Under the pieces are notes generated by a model, which had not been told where the DNA came from, searched no databases, and was given only the letters and a program-made list of their open reading frames with translations. Shown here piece after piece: positions 19,059-30,200 of a stretch of DNA of 64,000 nucleotides (position 1 is its first letter; each line of letters begins with the position of its first letter). The stretch is from an uncultured Gammaproteobacteria bacterium (GTDB taxonomy: Bacteria; Pseudomonadota; Gammaproteobacteria; CAWCPV01): NCBI GenBank assembly GCA_963797555.1, contig CAWCPV010000004.1, forward strand, positions 512,001 through 576,000, read 5' to 3'. A program made the translations under genes and the position numbers.

Positions 19059-19292
19059 TCATCGTTCCTCGTCGCGCACGGCGCGCACGAGGGAGGCGCT
19101 ATCTTCCGACCAGCCGGGCAATCCCGCCCGAAAGGCGGCCCGTGAGGCGACCACACGCTTCGGTCGCTCGACAGGCAAGAGACGCACTACCGGTCGTCCG
19201 TGGCGCGTGATCAGAATTTCCTCACCCTTCTCAGCCTGGTTAATCAGCTCGCTGAGCTGGGCCTTTGCGGTGGCAAGGCTCACGATGCGCAT
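19059..19292 (-). CDS. Phd/YefM antitoxin
   Basis: VSLATAKAQLSELINQAEKGEEILITRHGRPVVRL. Confidence 0.9.
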   Translation of the reverse strand: MRIVSLATAKAQLSELINQAEKGEEILITRHGRPVVRLLPVERPKRVVASRAAFRAGLPGWSEDSASLVRAVRDEER

Positions 19293-19525
19293 GGCTGGTC
19301 CTTTATGGTCATGGAATTGGTCAGATTATACGGCCCTTGCTGGGGCGCCGGTAGTGCGCCCAGCACGCAGCCAACACCCTACGAGCATGCTCGGCGCACT
19401 TGGTGCGGTCGTAAGTTTCGCTCAAGGCGCAGGACCAATGGGCCACGGTATGCGCCGGTTGCGTTCCAAGCCGCGCGGTCTACCGCCGTTCGATAGGACA
19501 CGTGGGCGCTGAAGCCACCCCCGCA

Positions 19526-19655
19526 TCTCGTCATTCTGCACGAGGGGTGCAGGAAGTGTACGGAATCCAGGAGCGAGGATGCCCGACCCATGCCGTCCGT
19601 GGCGTCTGGATTCCAGCTTCACAGCCGGAATGACAGTCGCGACCGGGAGTCGTGT
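19526..19655 (+). repeat. REP/REPIN-like doublet, left copy
   Basis: TCTCGTCATTC..GTACGGAATCCAGG..CATGCCGTCCGTG..CTGGATTCC..GCCGGAATGACAGTCG; inverted copy at 23546-23664. Confidence 0.75.
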
Positions 19656-19816
19656 GCAATGGTATGCGCCGAGCCCCTGAATGGACTGCGGCGCTTTCTG
19701 TCGTTGAGATCGTCCCCGGCGAGGCGTATAAAAAAGGTCGCGGAACCATGCCCGGACCAAGAAGTTCGGGCGACCCCGGCCGGGGTGCACCGGCCGACAC
19801 CAAGGAGGATAGCGCC

Positions 19817-20422
19817 ATGGCAACTGACTGGAGGCTCAAGGGGTCGTACTTCGAGGCGTGCAACTGCGAGGCGGCATGCCCCTGCAACTTCCATGGACCG
19901 CCGACCGACGGCAACTGCACCGTGCTGGTGGGCTGGCACATCGACCAGGGGATATTTGGGGATACCAAGCTCGACGGACTGAACGTCAGCATGGTCGCGC
20001 ACTCGCCGGGCCACATGTTGGAAACGAAGTGGAAGGTGGCCCTGTATCTCGACAGCCGCGCGAGCGACGCGCAGCGCGAGGCGCTGACGCAGATATACTC
20101 GGGCAAGGCCGGCGGCCTCATGGGGGATCTGTCCGCGGTCATCGGGGAAGTGGCCGGCGTGCGCAGCGTGCCGATCGAATACCGGGCCGAAGGACGCACG
20201 CGCTCAATCCGCATCGGTAACGTCGGCGTCGCCGACATCGAGGCCATCAAAGGCGGCGACGGCGGCGAGACGCTGATCCACAATCCTCCGCTGAACCTCG
20301 CGGTGGGCGAGCCGCTGGTCGTCGCACGCAGCAAGAAGTACCGGTTCGCCGACTACGGCATGCAGGTCGAGGTCTCGAACAAGAACGGCTTCTACGCGCC
20401 GTTCACGTACACGCCGGCCTGA
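19817..20422 (+). CDS. DUF1326 family protein
   Basis: WRLKGSYFEACNCEAACPC..GNC; AGGAGG RBS. Confidence 0.85.
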   Translation: MATDWRLKGSYFEACNCEAACPCNFHGPPTDGNCTVLVGWHIDQGIFGDTKLDGLNVSMVAHSPGHMLETKWKVALYLDSRASDAQREALTQIYSGKAGGLMGDLSAVIGEVAGVRSVPIEYRAEGRTRSIRIGNVGVADIEAIKGGDGGETLIHNPPLNLAVGEPLVVARSKKYRFADYGMQVEVSNKNGFYAPFTYTPA

Positions 20423-20436
20423 CGCGGCGCCAGCCG

Positions 20437-21201
20437 ATGACGCCGGCGCCCGAGCGCGCGGCGCGCGTGCTGGTGTTCGCCGCGCTGGCGGTGCTGACCG
20501 GGCTGGCCTGGGCCTGGCTCAGCCCGATGAACATGGTCCCGACGGGCGTTCTGTCCCGTGCACCGCCGGCGTTCCCCGCGCCCTGGACCGGGAGCATGGC
20601 GCTGTTCATGTTCGTCATGTGGAGCGTGATGATGGCGGGCATGATGATCCCCTCGGCAGCCCCGATGGTCTTCGCGGTCGAGCGCATGGCGCGCCAACGT
20701 CGGGACGGGCGGCCGCTCGCCGTCACGGCGGCGTTCGTGCTCGCCTACGTCGTCGTGTGGACGGCATTCAGCGCGGTCGCGACCGCCGCGCAGTGGGCGC
20801 TCGAACGCGCGGGGCTCATGTCGAACACGATGGCGAGCGCGAACGTCTGGCTGACCGGACTCGTCCTGGTCGCCGCGGGTCTCTACCAGTTCAGTGCGCT
20901 CAAATATGCGTGCCTCACCCGCTGCCGCACGCCGATGGGCTTTCTGCTTACCGAATGGCGTCCTGGCGTTCGCGGGGTCTTCGTCACCGGCTTGCGCCAT
21001 GGCGCCCATTGCGTCGGCTGTTGCTGGGCGTTGATGGCCTTGCTCTTCGTGTTCGGTACCATGAACCTCGCTGCGGCGGCAGGCCTTGCGGCACTCGTGC
21101 TCGCGGAGAAAGCGCTCCCCGGCGTGCCCGTCATCGCCCGAGTCATCGGGGTTGCCCTCGCGGGCTGGGGGCTCTGGATCCTCATCCGCGCAGTTGCGTG
21201 A
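20437..21201 (+). CDS. DUF2182 metal-binding integral membrane protein
   Basis: MWSVMMAGMMIPS..YQFSALKYACLTRCRTP..CVGCCWALM. Confidence 0.9.
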   Translation: MTPAPERAARVLVFAALAVLTGLAWAWLSPMNMVPTGVLSRAPPAFPAPWTGSMALFMFVMWSVMMAGMMIPSAAPMVFAVERMARQRRDGRPLAVTAAFVLAYVVVWTAFSAVATAAQWALERAGLMSNTMASANVWLTGLVLVAAGLYQFSALKYACLTRCRTPMGFLLTEWRPGVRGVFVTGLRHGAHCVGCCWALMALLFVFGTMNLAAAAGLAALVLAEKALPGVPVIARVIGVALAGWGLWILIRAVA

Positions 21202-21275
21202 CGCTCACCGGGGAGGGGGGCCACGGACGTCGGCGATCCACAGGCGCTTGCCGCTCGGGCGGAGGCGCTGCCAAC

Positions 21276-22541
21276 GTGAGCGCGAAACGCTTGCCGCCGG
21301 TATTCGTCGGCCATGAGATCTACCGCCAGCCTGCCTACGGCAACAATCACCCGTTGGCAATTCCGCGCGTCGAGCGCGTCATCGACTTGTGTCACGCGCT
21401 CGGCTGGCTGCACCCGGAAGAATTCTGCCCGAGTCCATGCGCGAGCGCCTCCGAGCTCGCGCGCTTCCACACGCCCGAATACATCGCGGCGCTGCGTCGG
21501 GCGGCGCAGGAGGGCAAGGCCGACGCGCAGACGCGCGAACGCTTTGCCATCGGCACTCTGGAGAACCCGCTGTTTCCGGGACTGTTCGAGCGTGCGTCGA
21601 CCTGCGTCGGTGGCTCGATCCGTGCGGCGGAGCTGAGCCTCGAAGGCCGCATCGTTTTCCACCCGGCGGGCGGTACCCACCACGGCCGGCCGGATCGGGC
21701 GAGCGGTTTCTGCTACTTCAACGATCCCGCGCTTGCCATCCTCACGCTGCTCGATCGCAGCATCGAACGACTGCTTTACGTCGACTTGGACGCGCACCAT
21801 GCGGATGCGGTCCAGGATGCTTTCGCCGCGGAGGCGCGGGTGTGGACGATTTCCGTGCATGAGCAGGGCCGCTGGCCGTACACGGGGGCGGTAAGCGACA
21901 CCGCGGGTGGGCGCGCCTGCAATCTCCCCGTGCTTTCGGGGTTTCACGATCGAGAGCTGCGCTTTCTGCTCGATGAGGTGATTCTGCCCCTTGGGCAGTG
22001 GGCCGCGCCGCAGGTCGTCGTGCTCGTGTGCGGTGCGGATGCGCTGGCCGGCGATCCCCTGTCCTCGATGGCGCTGTCGAACGTTGCGCTGTGGTCCGCC
22101 GCGTCCGACATCGTGGCGCTCGCGCCGGCGGCTGTCGTGCTGGGCGGCGGGGGGTACAACCCGTGGACGGCTGCGCGCTACTGGACCGGGCTGTGGGGGA
22201 CCTTGTCCGGCCGAGAAATGCCGCCGACGTTGCCGCCGGCCGCGCGTGAGGTTTTCGCGGGACTGGAATGCGATCTGATCGATGCCGAGGACGTGTCGCC
22301 CCTCTGGTCGACGACGCTCGCCGACGCACCCAATGAAGCGTCGGTACGGCACGAGATCGAAGAGCTGCGCGATGAGGTGCTGCGCCTCACGGGTGCACGG
22401 TGCTGGTCGCCAACGCCAGGGGCCGCAGCGGAACCGGTGCTGGTTGCACCTTCGTCGTGCGCGGCACGACCACGGACGGCGGCAACCGGCATACGGTCCC
22501 CCGGACTGCGCGAACGTCCCCCAAACCGGGACTGGCCTTGA
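21276..22541 (+). CDS. Histone deacetylase family / AcuC-like protein
   Basis: GGTHHG..ASGFCYFND..YVDLDAHHAD..GADALAGDPLS..GGGGY. Confidence 0.85.
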   Translation: MSAKRLPPVFVGHEIYRQPAYGNNHPLAIPRVERVIDLCHALGWLHPEEFCPSPCASASELARFHTPEYIAALRRAAQEGKADAQTRERFAIGTLENPLFPGLFERASTCVGGSIRAAELSLEGRIVFHPAGGTHHGRPDRASGFCYFNDPALAILTLLDRSIERLLYVDLDAHHADAVQDAFAAEARVWTISVHEQGRWPYTGAVSDTAGGRACNLPVLSGFHDRELRFLLDEVILPLGQWAAPQVVVLVCGADALAGDPLSSMALSNVALWSAASDIVALAPAAVVLGGGGYNPWTAARYWTGLWGTLSGREMPPTLPPAAREVFAGLECDLIDAEDVSPLWSTTLADAPNEASVRHEIEELRDEVLRLTGARCWSPTPGAAAEPVLVAPSSCAARPRTAATGIRSPGLRERPPNRDWP

Positions 22542-22580
22542 CTGGTCCGCGCTATTCGGCGCTTAGGGACTGGCCTTGCG

Positions 22581-23240
22581 CTAGGCCGGATGCGGCTGAA
22601 TTTCCCACTTGCCGAAACGGATCAGCGCGAAGTGGCCAAGCGGAGGCATCGAGCGGCGCTCGATCAGATGCACTTCCTCAGTCCGCGCGGCCCAGCGGGC
22701 GAACCGCGCCCAAGGAAACTCGGAGCGCCATCCGAGCCGGCTCACCAGGGGCATGAGCCAGCGCTCGACGGTGCGCCTCGGCCCGGCTTCCGCGCCGACC
22801 CGGTTCAGGAGCACCAGCTCGCCGCCGGGCTTGAGCACGCGCGCGAATTCGTCGAGCGTCGCCTCCGGGTTCGGGACCGTGTTGATGACGTACTGCGCGA
22901 CGACGACGTTGAACGCGGCGTCGGGGAAGGCCAACCGCTCGGCGTCCATGACCGCGAGCCCCGCCACGTTGTGCAAATTCAGCCCGGCGACGCGCTCCTG
23001 CGCCTTGCGCAGCATCGCCAGAGACAGATCGACTGCGACGACGCTCGCCGCCTTCGCATAATGCGGTAGCGCAATGCCGGTCCCAACGCCCACGTCGAGG
23101 ATGCGCCCGCCGATCCGAGCGGCGGCGTCAATGGCCGCCTGCCGCCCGCGGTCGAAGAGTGAGCCGAAGACGAGGTCGTAGACCGGTGCCCATCGCTCGT
23201 AAATCTTGCTGACCGCCTCCCTGTCGAGCTCCGTTCCCAT
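22581..23240 (-). CDS. pmtA: Phosphatidylethanolamine N-methyltransferase (PmtA-like class I SAM MTase)
   Basis: YERWAPVYDLVFG..ILDVGVGTG..VMDAE.L.FPD..VVVAQYV..VPNPEATLDEFARVLKPGG. Confidence 0.75.
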   Translation of the reverse strand: MGTELDREAVSKIYERWAPVYDLVFGSLFDRGRQAAIDAAARIGGRILDVGVGTGIALPHYAKAASVVAVDLSLAMLRKAQERVAGLNLHNVAGLAVMDAERLAFPDAAFNVVVAQYVINTVPNPEATLDEFARVLKPGGELVLLNRVGAEAGPRRTVERWLMPLVSRLGWRSEFPWARFARWAARTEEVHLIERRSMPPLGHFALIRFGKWEIQPHPA

Positions 23241-23545
23241 TGATCTTCTTTTGCCGCTGGAACCCGCGGCCGGGCCGGCTGCCCGCTCCGGCGACACGAG
23301 TACGCAACTTTCATCCGATCGATCGCTCTTTGTCATGGTGATTTCACGAAATCGCCTCAAGTTCTAAACAGTTAGTTCGTACTTTGAGCATCGTACTTTA
23401 ACTCAGTACGGCGAAATAATACCAGAGCCTGACCGATGCGACTGTGAGTACAGGTGGAACGCGGTGTTTATCTCGAAGCGGCGCAAGAAGCGAATCTTCG
23501 GGAGGGCGGCCCACAGTCTTATGGCCCTGCGAGGTATGACATGAC

Positions 23546-23664
23546 CCACGACTGGCGGTCTCGACTGTCATTCCGGCCGGGAAGCCGGAATCCAGGGATC
23601 ACGGACGGCATGCGCGGCCTCCGTGCGCCTGGATTCCGTACACTCCCTGCACGGAATGACGAGA
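23546..23664 (-). repeat. REP/REPIN-like doublet, right inverted copy
   Basis: Reverse complement aligns with 19526-19655. Confidence 0.75.
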
Positions 23665-23969
23665 CGTGTGAAAACGCGTGCCTTCGAGGGGCTCACCGAA
23701 TAGGCCTCCGGCTTGCCGGAGGTCGTTCAACTTGTGTGCAACCGGTGCCGAGGAGGGATTGATGCGCGGGTTTCTTCGAGCTCTCGAAGTGCAGCGGTGG
23801 GACGACCACCGGTACACCACCACAGCTACATCAACCAGGCGCTGCACTTCGTGGTGAAGTAGCATCTGCCCTGACTGGTCGCAAATTGTAGGCTCTTTCG
23901 GAAATTGTGTGGGTCGCGGTGCCGCAAGACAGTGCTGCTCGCCATCTGGGGGCTCTCGCCGCTCGCGCT

Positions 23970-24165
23970 CTATTTCGACCCGACCCTGACCGGCAGCTCG
24001 AGGCGCTTACCCGCCGCCAGGAGCCCGATGTCGAGCGTCGGGATCTTCTTCGCACCTTGGTTCGCTGCAATGGCCAGGTGAATCGTATCCCCACCGCGAA
24101 GCCCGGTCGCAAAGCCCTCGATGTAGTCTCTGGCCAAGCTGAAATCGGCCGCCGACTCCCTCAAT
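23970..24165 (-). pseudogene. PIN toxin C-terminal fragment, paralog of 18621-18800
   Basis: DFSLARDYIEGFATGLRGGDTIHLAIAANQGAKKI. Confidence 0.75.
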
Positions 24166-24290
24166 GTGCTCAGGTGGTGTTGACTGGTCCGCACCTGAGG
24201 ACTACCCTTCCGCTGTCGCCAGCGACGGCTGGATTTCCTTCCAGGGCGGAGTCGTTTCAGCGATGGCATAAAAGCAGCCATTCAGCGCCG

Positions 24291-25967
24291 ATGGGAGCCA
24301 AGCCGGAAGTGAAACGTACTCGTCTCCCTCTAGTGGTCGTATCCGACGTGGGGGACGGGTTGGCCGGAAAGACGGGAATCGCATCGCGTCTGAGCTTCGC
24401 AACCCGAACGAGCGCCCTAGCCCTTGGCGCCGTGCTGGGCGGCTGCAGCATGGTTGGCCCCAATTTCGTGACCCCCAAATCCGATGTCGCCAAAGCCTGG
24501 GCGACGAAAGAGGCGGCGCGTATCAGCACCGCTCGCCCTGAAGACGCCGCCTGGTGGAAGACCTTTGGCGATCCGACGCTCAACCGCCTGATCGATCTCG
24601 CCTACAGGCAGAATCTGGGACTACAGCAGGCCGGCGTAAACGTCTTGCGGGCGCGGGCCCAACTGGGGGCGGCGATCGGCGAGGAGTATCCACAGCAGCA
24701 GCAGGGATTCGGACAGTATCAGTACCGCAACCGCGGCAGCGACGACTTCACCTCGCTTCCGATCGGCACCACGGATTTTTCGTACAGCACGCTGCGGTAC
24801 GGATTTACATCGAGCTGGGAAATCGATTTCTGGGGGAAATTCCGACGCGCTGTTGAATCGGCTGACGAAAATTTCCTGGCATCCATCAGCAATTACGATG
24901 CCGCGCTGGTCAGCCTGACGGCGACTGTCGCCACCACTTACGTCGCGATCCGCACCTTCGAGGCAAGGCTCGGAGTCGTACGCCAGAACGTCAAGGTCCA
25001 AGCACAGAATCTCAAAGTAGCCCAGGCGCGATACCAAAACGGCGAGACCGGCGAGCGTGACGTGACCCAGGCCAGCTCGCAACTGGCCGAGACGCAGGCG
25101 CAAATTCCGCCGCTCGAGGTGAGCCTGGCACAGAACAAGAATGCGCTTGCGGTGCTTTTAGGCATCACCCTTGCCCAGCTTGGCGCTGAGCTTACGGGGG
25201 ACCGGCCAATTCCCACTGCGCCCGGCAAAGTCGCGGCCGGAATCCCGCGCGATCTGTTGCGCCAGCGTCCGGACGTGAAACAGGCGGAGCAAGTGGCGGC
25301 GGCGGAATCGGCGCTGATCGGTGCCACGAAGGCCGACCTTTATCCCGCCTTTTCTCTCAGCGGCACCTTCGGATTCAGCTCATCCGACATCGCCAACCGC
25401 ACCCTGGGCGACGCATTCACGTGGAACGGCCGCGTGGCCAGCATCGGCCCGGCGTTCCAGTGGAATCTTTTCAATTACGGCCAGATCACCAATCAGGTCC
25501 GTGCCCAGGATGCCCAGTTCCAGGCCGCGGTTTTGGCTTATCAAAACACCGTGCTCGAAGCGCAGCGCGAAGTCGAAGACGCGCTGGTCGCCTTCGTCAA
25601 AGCGGGCGAGACGGTGCGCTATTTGGAACGTGCTGTTGCAGCCGCGAAACGCAGCGTCGAGCTTTCGGTCGCCCAATACAAGGAGGGTGCCACCGATTTC
25701 ACCACCGTGCTCACCGCGGAACAAAGCCTGTTGCGACAGCAGGACCAGCTGACCGTCGCGCGCGGCAACGTGCCGCAAAGCCTCATCTCGGTCTTCCAGG
25801 CGCTGGGCGGCGGCTGGCAGATCCGCGAAGGCCACGACTTCGTGCCGGACGACATCAAGGACGAGATGCGCAAACGTACCAACTGGGGAGATCTGCTCGA
25901 AGTCAAGACCCACGCTCCGCCGTCCGCGGAAGAGCGAAAAGCGCTCATCCGCCGGCCGGACTGGTAA
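24291..25967 (+). CDS. RND outer membrane factor lipoprotein (NodT/OprM family); start uncertain
   Basis: Lipobox VLGGC-SMVGP; WWKTFGDPTL, WEIDFWGK, LLRQRPDV, ALGGGW. Confidence 0.9.
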   Translation: MGAKPEVKRTRLPLVVVSDVGDGLAGKTGIASRLSFATRTSALALGAVLGGCSMVGPNFVTPKSDVAKAWATKEAARISTARPEDAAWWKTFGDPTLNRLIDLAYRQNLGLQQAGVNVLRARAQLGAAIGEEYPQQQQGFGQYQYRNRGSDDFTSLPIGTTDFSYSTLRYGFTSSWEIDFWGKFRRAVESADENFLASISNYDAALVSLTATVATTYVAIRTFEARLGVVRQNVKVQAQNLKVAQARYQNGETGERDVTQASSQLAETQAQIPPLEVSLAQNKNALAVLLGITLAQLGAELTGDRPIPTAPGKVAAGIPRDLLRQRPDVKQAEQVAAAESALIGATKADLYPAFSLSGTFGFSSSDIANRTLGDAFTWNGRVASIGPAFQWNLFNYGQITNQVRAQDAQFQAAVLAYQNTVLEAQREVEDALVAFVKAGETVRYLERAVAAAKRSVELSVAQYKEGATDFTTVLTAEQSLLRQQDQLTVARGNVPQSLISVFQALGGGWQIREGHDFVPDDIKDEMRKRTNWGDLLEVKTHAPPSAEERKALIRRPDW

Positions 25968-25976
25968 CGCCGGCCC

Positions 25977-27194
25977 ATGAAGAGACCACTTTTTCCTGTT
26001 CCAAGCCGCCGCTTCGTCCCCCCGGGCACGCTCGCCGTTTTGCTGTCCCTTTCCGCCTGCGGCGAGGGCAATAAATATGAGCCGCCGCCGCCCCCGCCGG
26101 TCACGGTCGCCCATCCGGTCGTCGAGCCCGTGACCAATTTTCTGGACCTGACCGGATCCGCGAGCGCGGTGGCATCCGTCGATCTGGTGGCGCGGGTGCC
26201 CGGCTATCTCGAGTCTGTGAATTTCGAGGACGGCAGCGTGGTCAAGAAGGGCGACTTGCTGTTCGTGATCGAGCCGGCACCTTACGAAGCTAACGTCAAG
26301 TTGGCCGAGGCGACGTTGGCCGAACAACAGGCGCAACTGATACGCGCCAGCGCCGAATACGACCGCCAACTCCGTCTCGTGAAGCAAAGCGCCAGCTCTC
26401 AGGCCAATGTCGAGAAATGGCTGGCGGAGCGCAATTCCGCCGCCGCCGCCGTCGATCAGGCCAAAGCCAATATCGATATCGCCAAGATCAACTTGAGCTA
26501 CACGAAGGTCACAGCGCCTTTCACTGGCCGAATCGGCCGGCATCTGGTGGACGCCGGAAATCTGGTGGGCACGCCGTCACCCACCAAGCTCGCCACCATC
26601 GAACAGATCAAGCCTATCTATGTTTACTTCAACGTGGACGAGCAGACCGTGCTGCGCATCCGCACCATGATGCGGCAGCGCGGTCTCGGCCCGGCCGACT
26701 TGAAGAAGGTACCGGTCTACGTGGGCCTGCAAACCGACAACGGTTATCCGCACGAGGGGAAGCTGGATTTCGTCGCTACCGGCGTCGATACGTCTACCGG
26801 CACGCTACAAGTCCGCGCCGAGCTTCCCAATCCCGACCGGATTCTCCTTCCCGGCGTATTCGTCCGGGTGCGTGTCCCCGTGGGGCGGGATGAACACGCA
26901 CTTTTGGTGAGCAACCGTGCGCTGGGTGTCGATCAGACGGGCAGTTACGTGCTGGTCGTCAACGCCGACGTAGTGGAGCAACGCGCGGTCCAGATCGGCG
27001 CTTTGGTGGATGGTATGCGGGTCATCTCCAAGGGTCTGCAGCAGACCGATTGGGTAGTGGTCGAAGGTCTGCAGCGCGCGACGCCGGGAACGAAAGTCGT
27101 GGTAACCCGCGCGGGCCGGACGGCGGCAAATCGGCCGCCCGGCGGCGCGCCGGCTCCGGACGCGCCAAAGCCCGAGTCCGGCGCGGTGCAGTAG
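25977..27194 (+). CDS. RND membrane fusion protein
   Basis: LSAC lipobox; ARVPGYL..VKKGDLLF; APFTGRIG. Confidence 0.92.
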   Translation: MKRPLFPVPSRRFVPPGTLAVLLSLSACGEGNKYEPPPPPPVTVAHPVVEPVTNFLDLTGSASAVASVDLVARVPGYLESVNFEDGSVVKKGDLLFVIEPAPYEANVKLAEATLAEQQAQLIRASAEYDRQLRLVKQSASSQANVEKWLAERNSAAAAVDQAKANIDIAKINLSYTKVTAPFTGRIGRHLVDAGNLVGTPSPTKLATIEQIKPIYVYFNVDEQTVLRIRTMMRQRGLGPADLKKVPVYVGLQTDNGYPHEGKLDFVATGVDTSTGTLQVRAELPNPDRILLPGVFVRVRVPVGRDEHALLVSNRALGVDQTGSYVLVVNADVVEQRAVQIGALVDGMRVISKGLQQTDWVVVEGLQRATPGTKVVVTRAGRTAANRPPGGAPAPDAPKPESGAVQ

Positions 27195-27204
27195 GACCAA
27201 GCCT

Positions 27205-30200
27205 GTGTTTTCTAAATTCTTTATCGAGCGTCCGGTCCTATCCAACGTCCTCGCCATCATCATCGTGCTGATCGGCGCGGTGGCGCTTTACCGTCTTCCA
27301 GTGTCGCAGTATCCGGAAATCACGCCGCCCATCGTCCAGGTGCAAACCCGCTATCCCGGCGCCAGCGCGCAGATCATCGCCGACACCGTCGCCAATCCCA
27401 TCGAAGAACGGGTGAACGGCGTCGAGGGCATGATCTACATGCAATCCACCAGCGCTGCAGACGGGACCTACACTCTCAATGTCACCTTCGACGTCGGTAC
27501 GGATCTCGATTTCGCCCAGACGTTGGTTCAAAACCGCGTGGCGCAGGCGCTGCCCCAGCTTCCGGATGCCGTCCAGACCCAGGGAGTGACTACGCGCAAG
27601 AAGTCGACGGCCATTTTGCAGATCATCACGCTGAGTTCTCCGAACGGACGTTACGACAGCCTCTTTCTGGCTAACTATGCAACCATCAATTTACGCGACG
27701 AGATCGCGCGGCTGCCCGGCGTCGGCGACGTCACCATCTTCGGAGCCGGGGAATACAGCATGCGGGTGTGGCTCGATCCCGACCAGCTCGCCGCTCGCAA
27801 GCTGACACCGGCCGACGTCGTCGACGCCATCCGCGGCCAGAACCAGCAGGTCGCGGCGGGCCAGGTGGGGGCGCCGCCCGCCCCGCCCAATCAGGACTTC
27901 CAGATCACCGTCGACGTGCCGGGCCGTCTCGTCGACCAGAAAGAATTCGGCGACATCATCGTGAAAACGGAGCAAGGTCCGGACACGCGCATCACCCGCG
28001 TGCGGGACGTGGCGCGTACGGAACTCGGGGCACAAACCTACAGCCAATTTTTCCGCCTCGACACGAAACAGGCGGCAGGCATCGCGGTGTTCCAGCTACC
28101 CGGCGCCAACGCGCTCGATGTCGCCCAGGAAGTCACCTCCAAGATGGCGGAGCTTTCCAAGAATTTTCCGCAAGGTCTCGAATACGGAGTTCCCTTCGAT
28201 ACCACCTTGTTCGTCAAGGCTTCGATCCACGAGGTCTACATAACGCTGGCCGAGGCGGCGATTCTGGTGCTCATCGTCATTCTGGCGTTCGTTCAGGATT
28301 GGCGCGCCATGCTGGTGCCAGCGACCACCGTTCCGGTCACCATCATCGGCGCCTTCGCGGCGATGGCCGCGCTGGGCTTTACCGTAAATCTCCTCACGCT
28401 CTTTGCCGTCGTGCTGGCTATCGGCATCGTCGTGGATGACGCCATCGTCATCGTGGAGGGCAGTTCCCACCATATCCAGCAAGGCAAAGCGCCCAAGGAA
28501 GCCGCCATTGCGGCGATGTCCGAGTTGTTCGGACCGATCATCGGCATCACTCTGGTTCTCATGTCGGTGTTTTTGCCCGCGGCGTTCTTGCCCGGTATCA
28601 CCGGCGAGATGTACCGTCAATTCGCCCTCGTCATCGCCGCGACGGCGCTCATCAGCGCCATCAATGCGATCACGCTGAAACCGACGCAGTGCGCGTTGTG
28701 GATGCGCCCTGCGCGTGCGGATACGAAGAAGAATTTCATTTACCGCGGCTTCAACGCGCTCTACGGCGCATTGGAGCGCGGTTACACCGGTCTAATCGGC
28801 CGCATGGTCCATCGTAGCGCCGCCATGACCCTGATCGCGTTGACCTTGGCCGCTATCGGGGTCTGGGGCTTGGTGCGGTTGCCCACCTCCTTCATCCCCA
28901 TCGAGGACCAGGGCTACGTGCTGGTGAGCGTCACGCTCCCGGACGGCGCTTCCCTGGAGCGCACGCGCAGCGTGGTGGCACAGGTCGAAGCCGCAGTGAT
29001 GAAGGTTCCCGGCGTCGAGCACGCCATCTCCATCGGGGGCATTTCGATTCTCGACAATTCAGCCACACTGGCCAATGCCGGCGTCACCTATGTGGTGTTG
29101 AAGCCCTGGGATGTCCGCGGCACCAAAGAGGGGTTGCGCCCTGTCCTGGAACATATCCAGGAGGCGGTTTCGGGTATTTCCGAGGCGGTCGCGTTCGTGA
29201 TCGTCCCGCCGCCGATCCAGGGCATCGGGAATTCCAGCGGCTTCCAGATGCAGGTCGAGCTGCGCGACAGCAGCAAGGACTACGTGAAACTACAGCGAGT
29301 GACGGAGGCGATCACCGCGGACGCGTCCACGCAATCCGGAATCCTGCGTGTCATCTCGACCTTCAGCGCCAACGTCCCGCAGATCATGGTCGAGGTGGAC
29401 CGTATCAAGGCACGTCAGCTCGGCGTCGACGTCAACGATGTGTTCAGCACCTTGCAGGGCTATCTGGGCTCGACCTATGTCAATCAATTCAACAAGTTCG
29501 GCCGAACCTTCCAAGTCTATGTCCAGGCCGACCGTCAATACCGGCTCGACCCCGCGGATGTCGGCCGCTTTTATGTGCGCAATGCGAGCGGCGGGATGGT
29601 CCCGCTCGGGACGCTCGCCGATGTCCGTTACGTGCCCGGGCCGTCGCTCATCGGCCTTTATAACCTTCATCCCAGCGCTGCCGTCATCGGCGCGCCCAAC
29701 CTCTTCTTCAGCTCCGGGCAAGCCATTTCACTTCTGGCCCAAATCGCCGACCGGAAGCTTCCGTCCGGCATGGGGTATGAGTGGACCGGGATGTCCTATC
29801 AGGAGAAGCTCGTGGGCAGCCAAGCCTATTTCATCTTCGCCATCGCGCTGGTACTCGTCTTTTTGGTGCTCGCTGGCCAATACGAGAATTGGCTGACCCC
29901 CTTCGCCGTCATTCTCGCCGTTCCCTTGGCGCTGTTGGGCACCGTCGGCGTGCTGACCGCAGTGCACGTCGCGAACAATATCTATATCCAAATCGGCATC
30001 GTGCTGTTGATTGCGCTCTCAAGCAAGAACGCCATCCTGATCGTCGAGTTCGCCCGCGATCTGCGCGAAAAGCAAGGCATGACTTTGGCGGAGGCGGCGA
30101 CCGAAGCGGCGCGTTTGCGCTTCCGCCCCATTCTCATGACGTCTTTCGCGTTCATCCTGGGCGTCTTGCCCCTCGTGCTCGCCACCGGCGCCGGCGCCTC

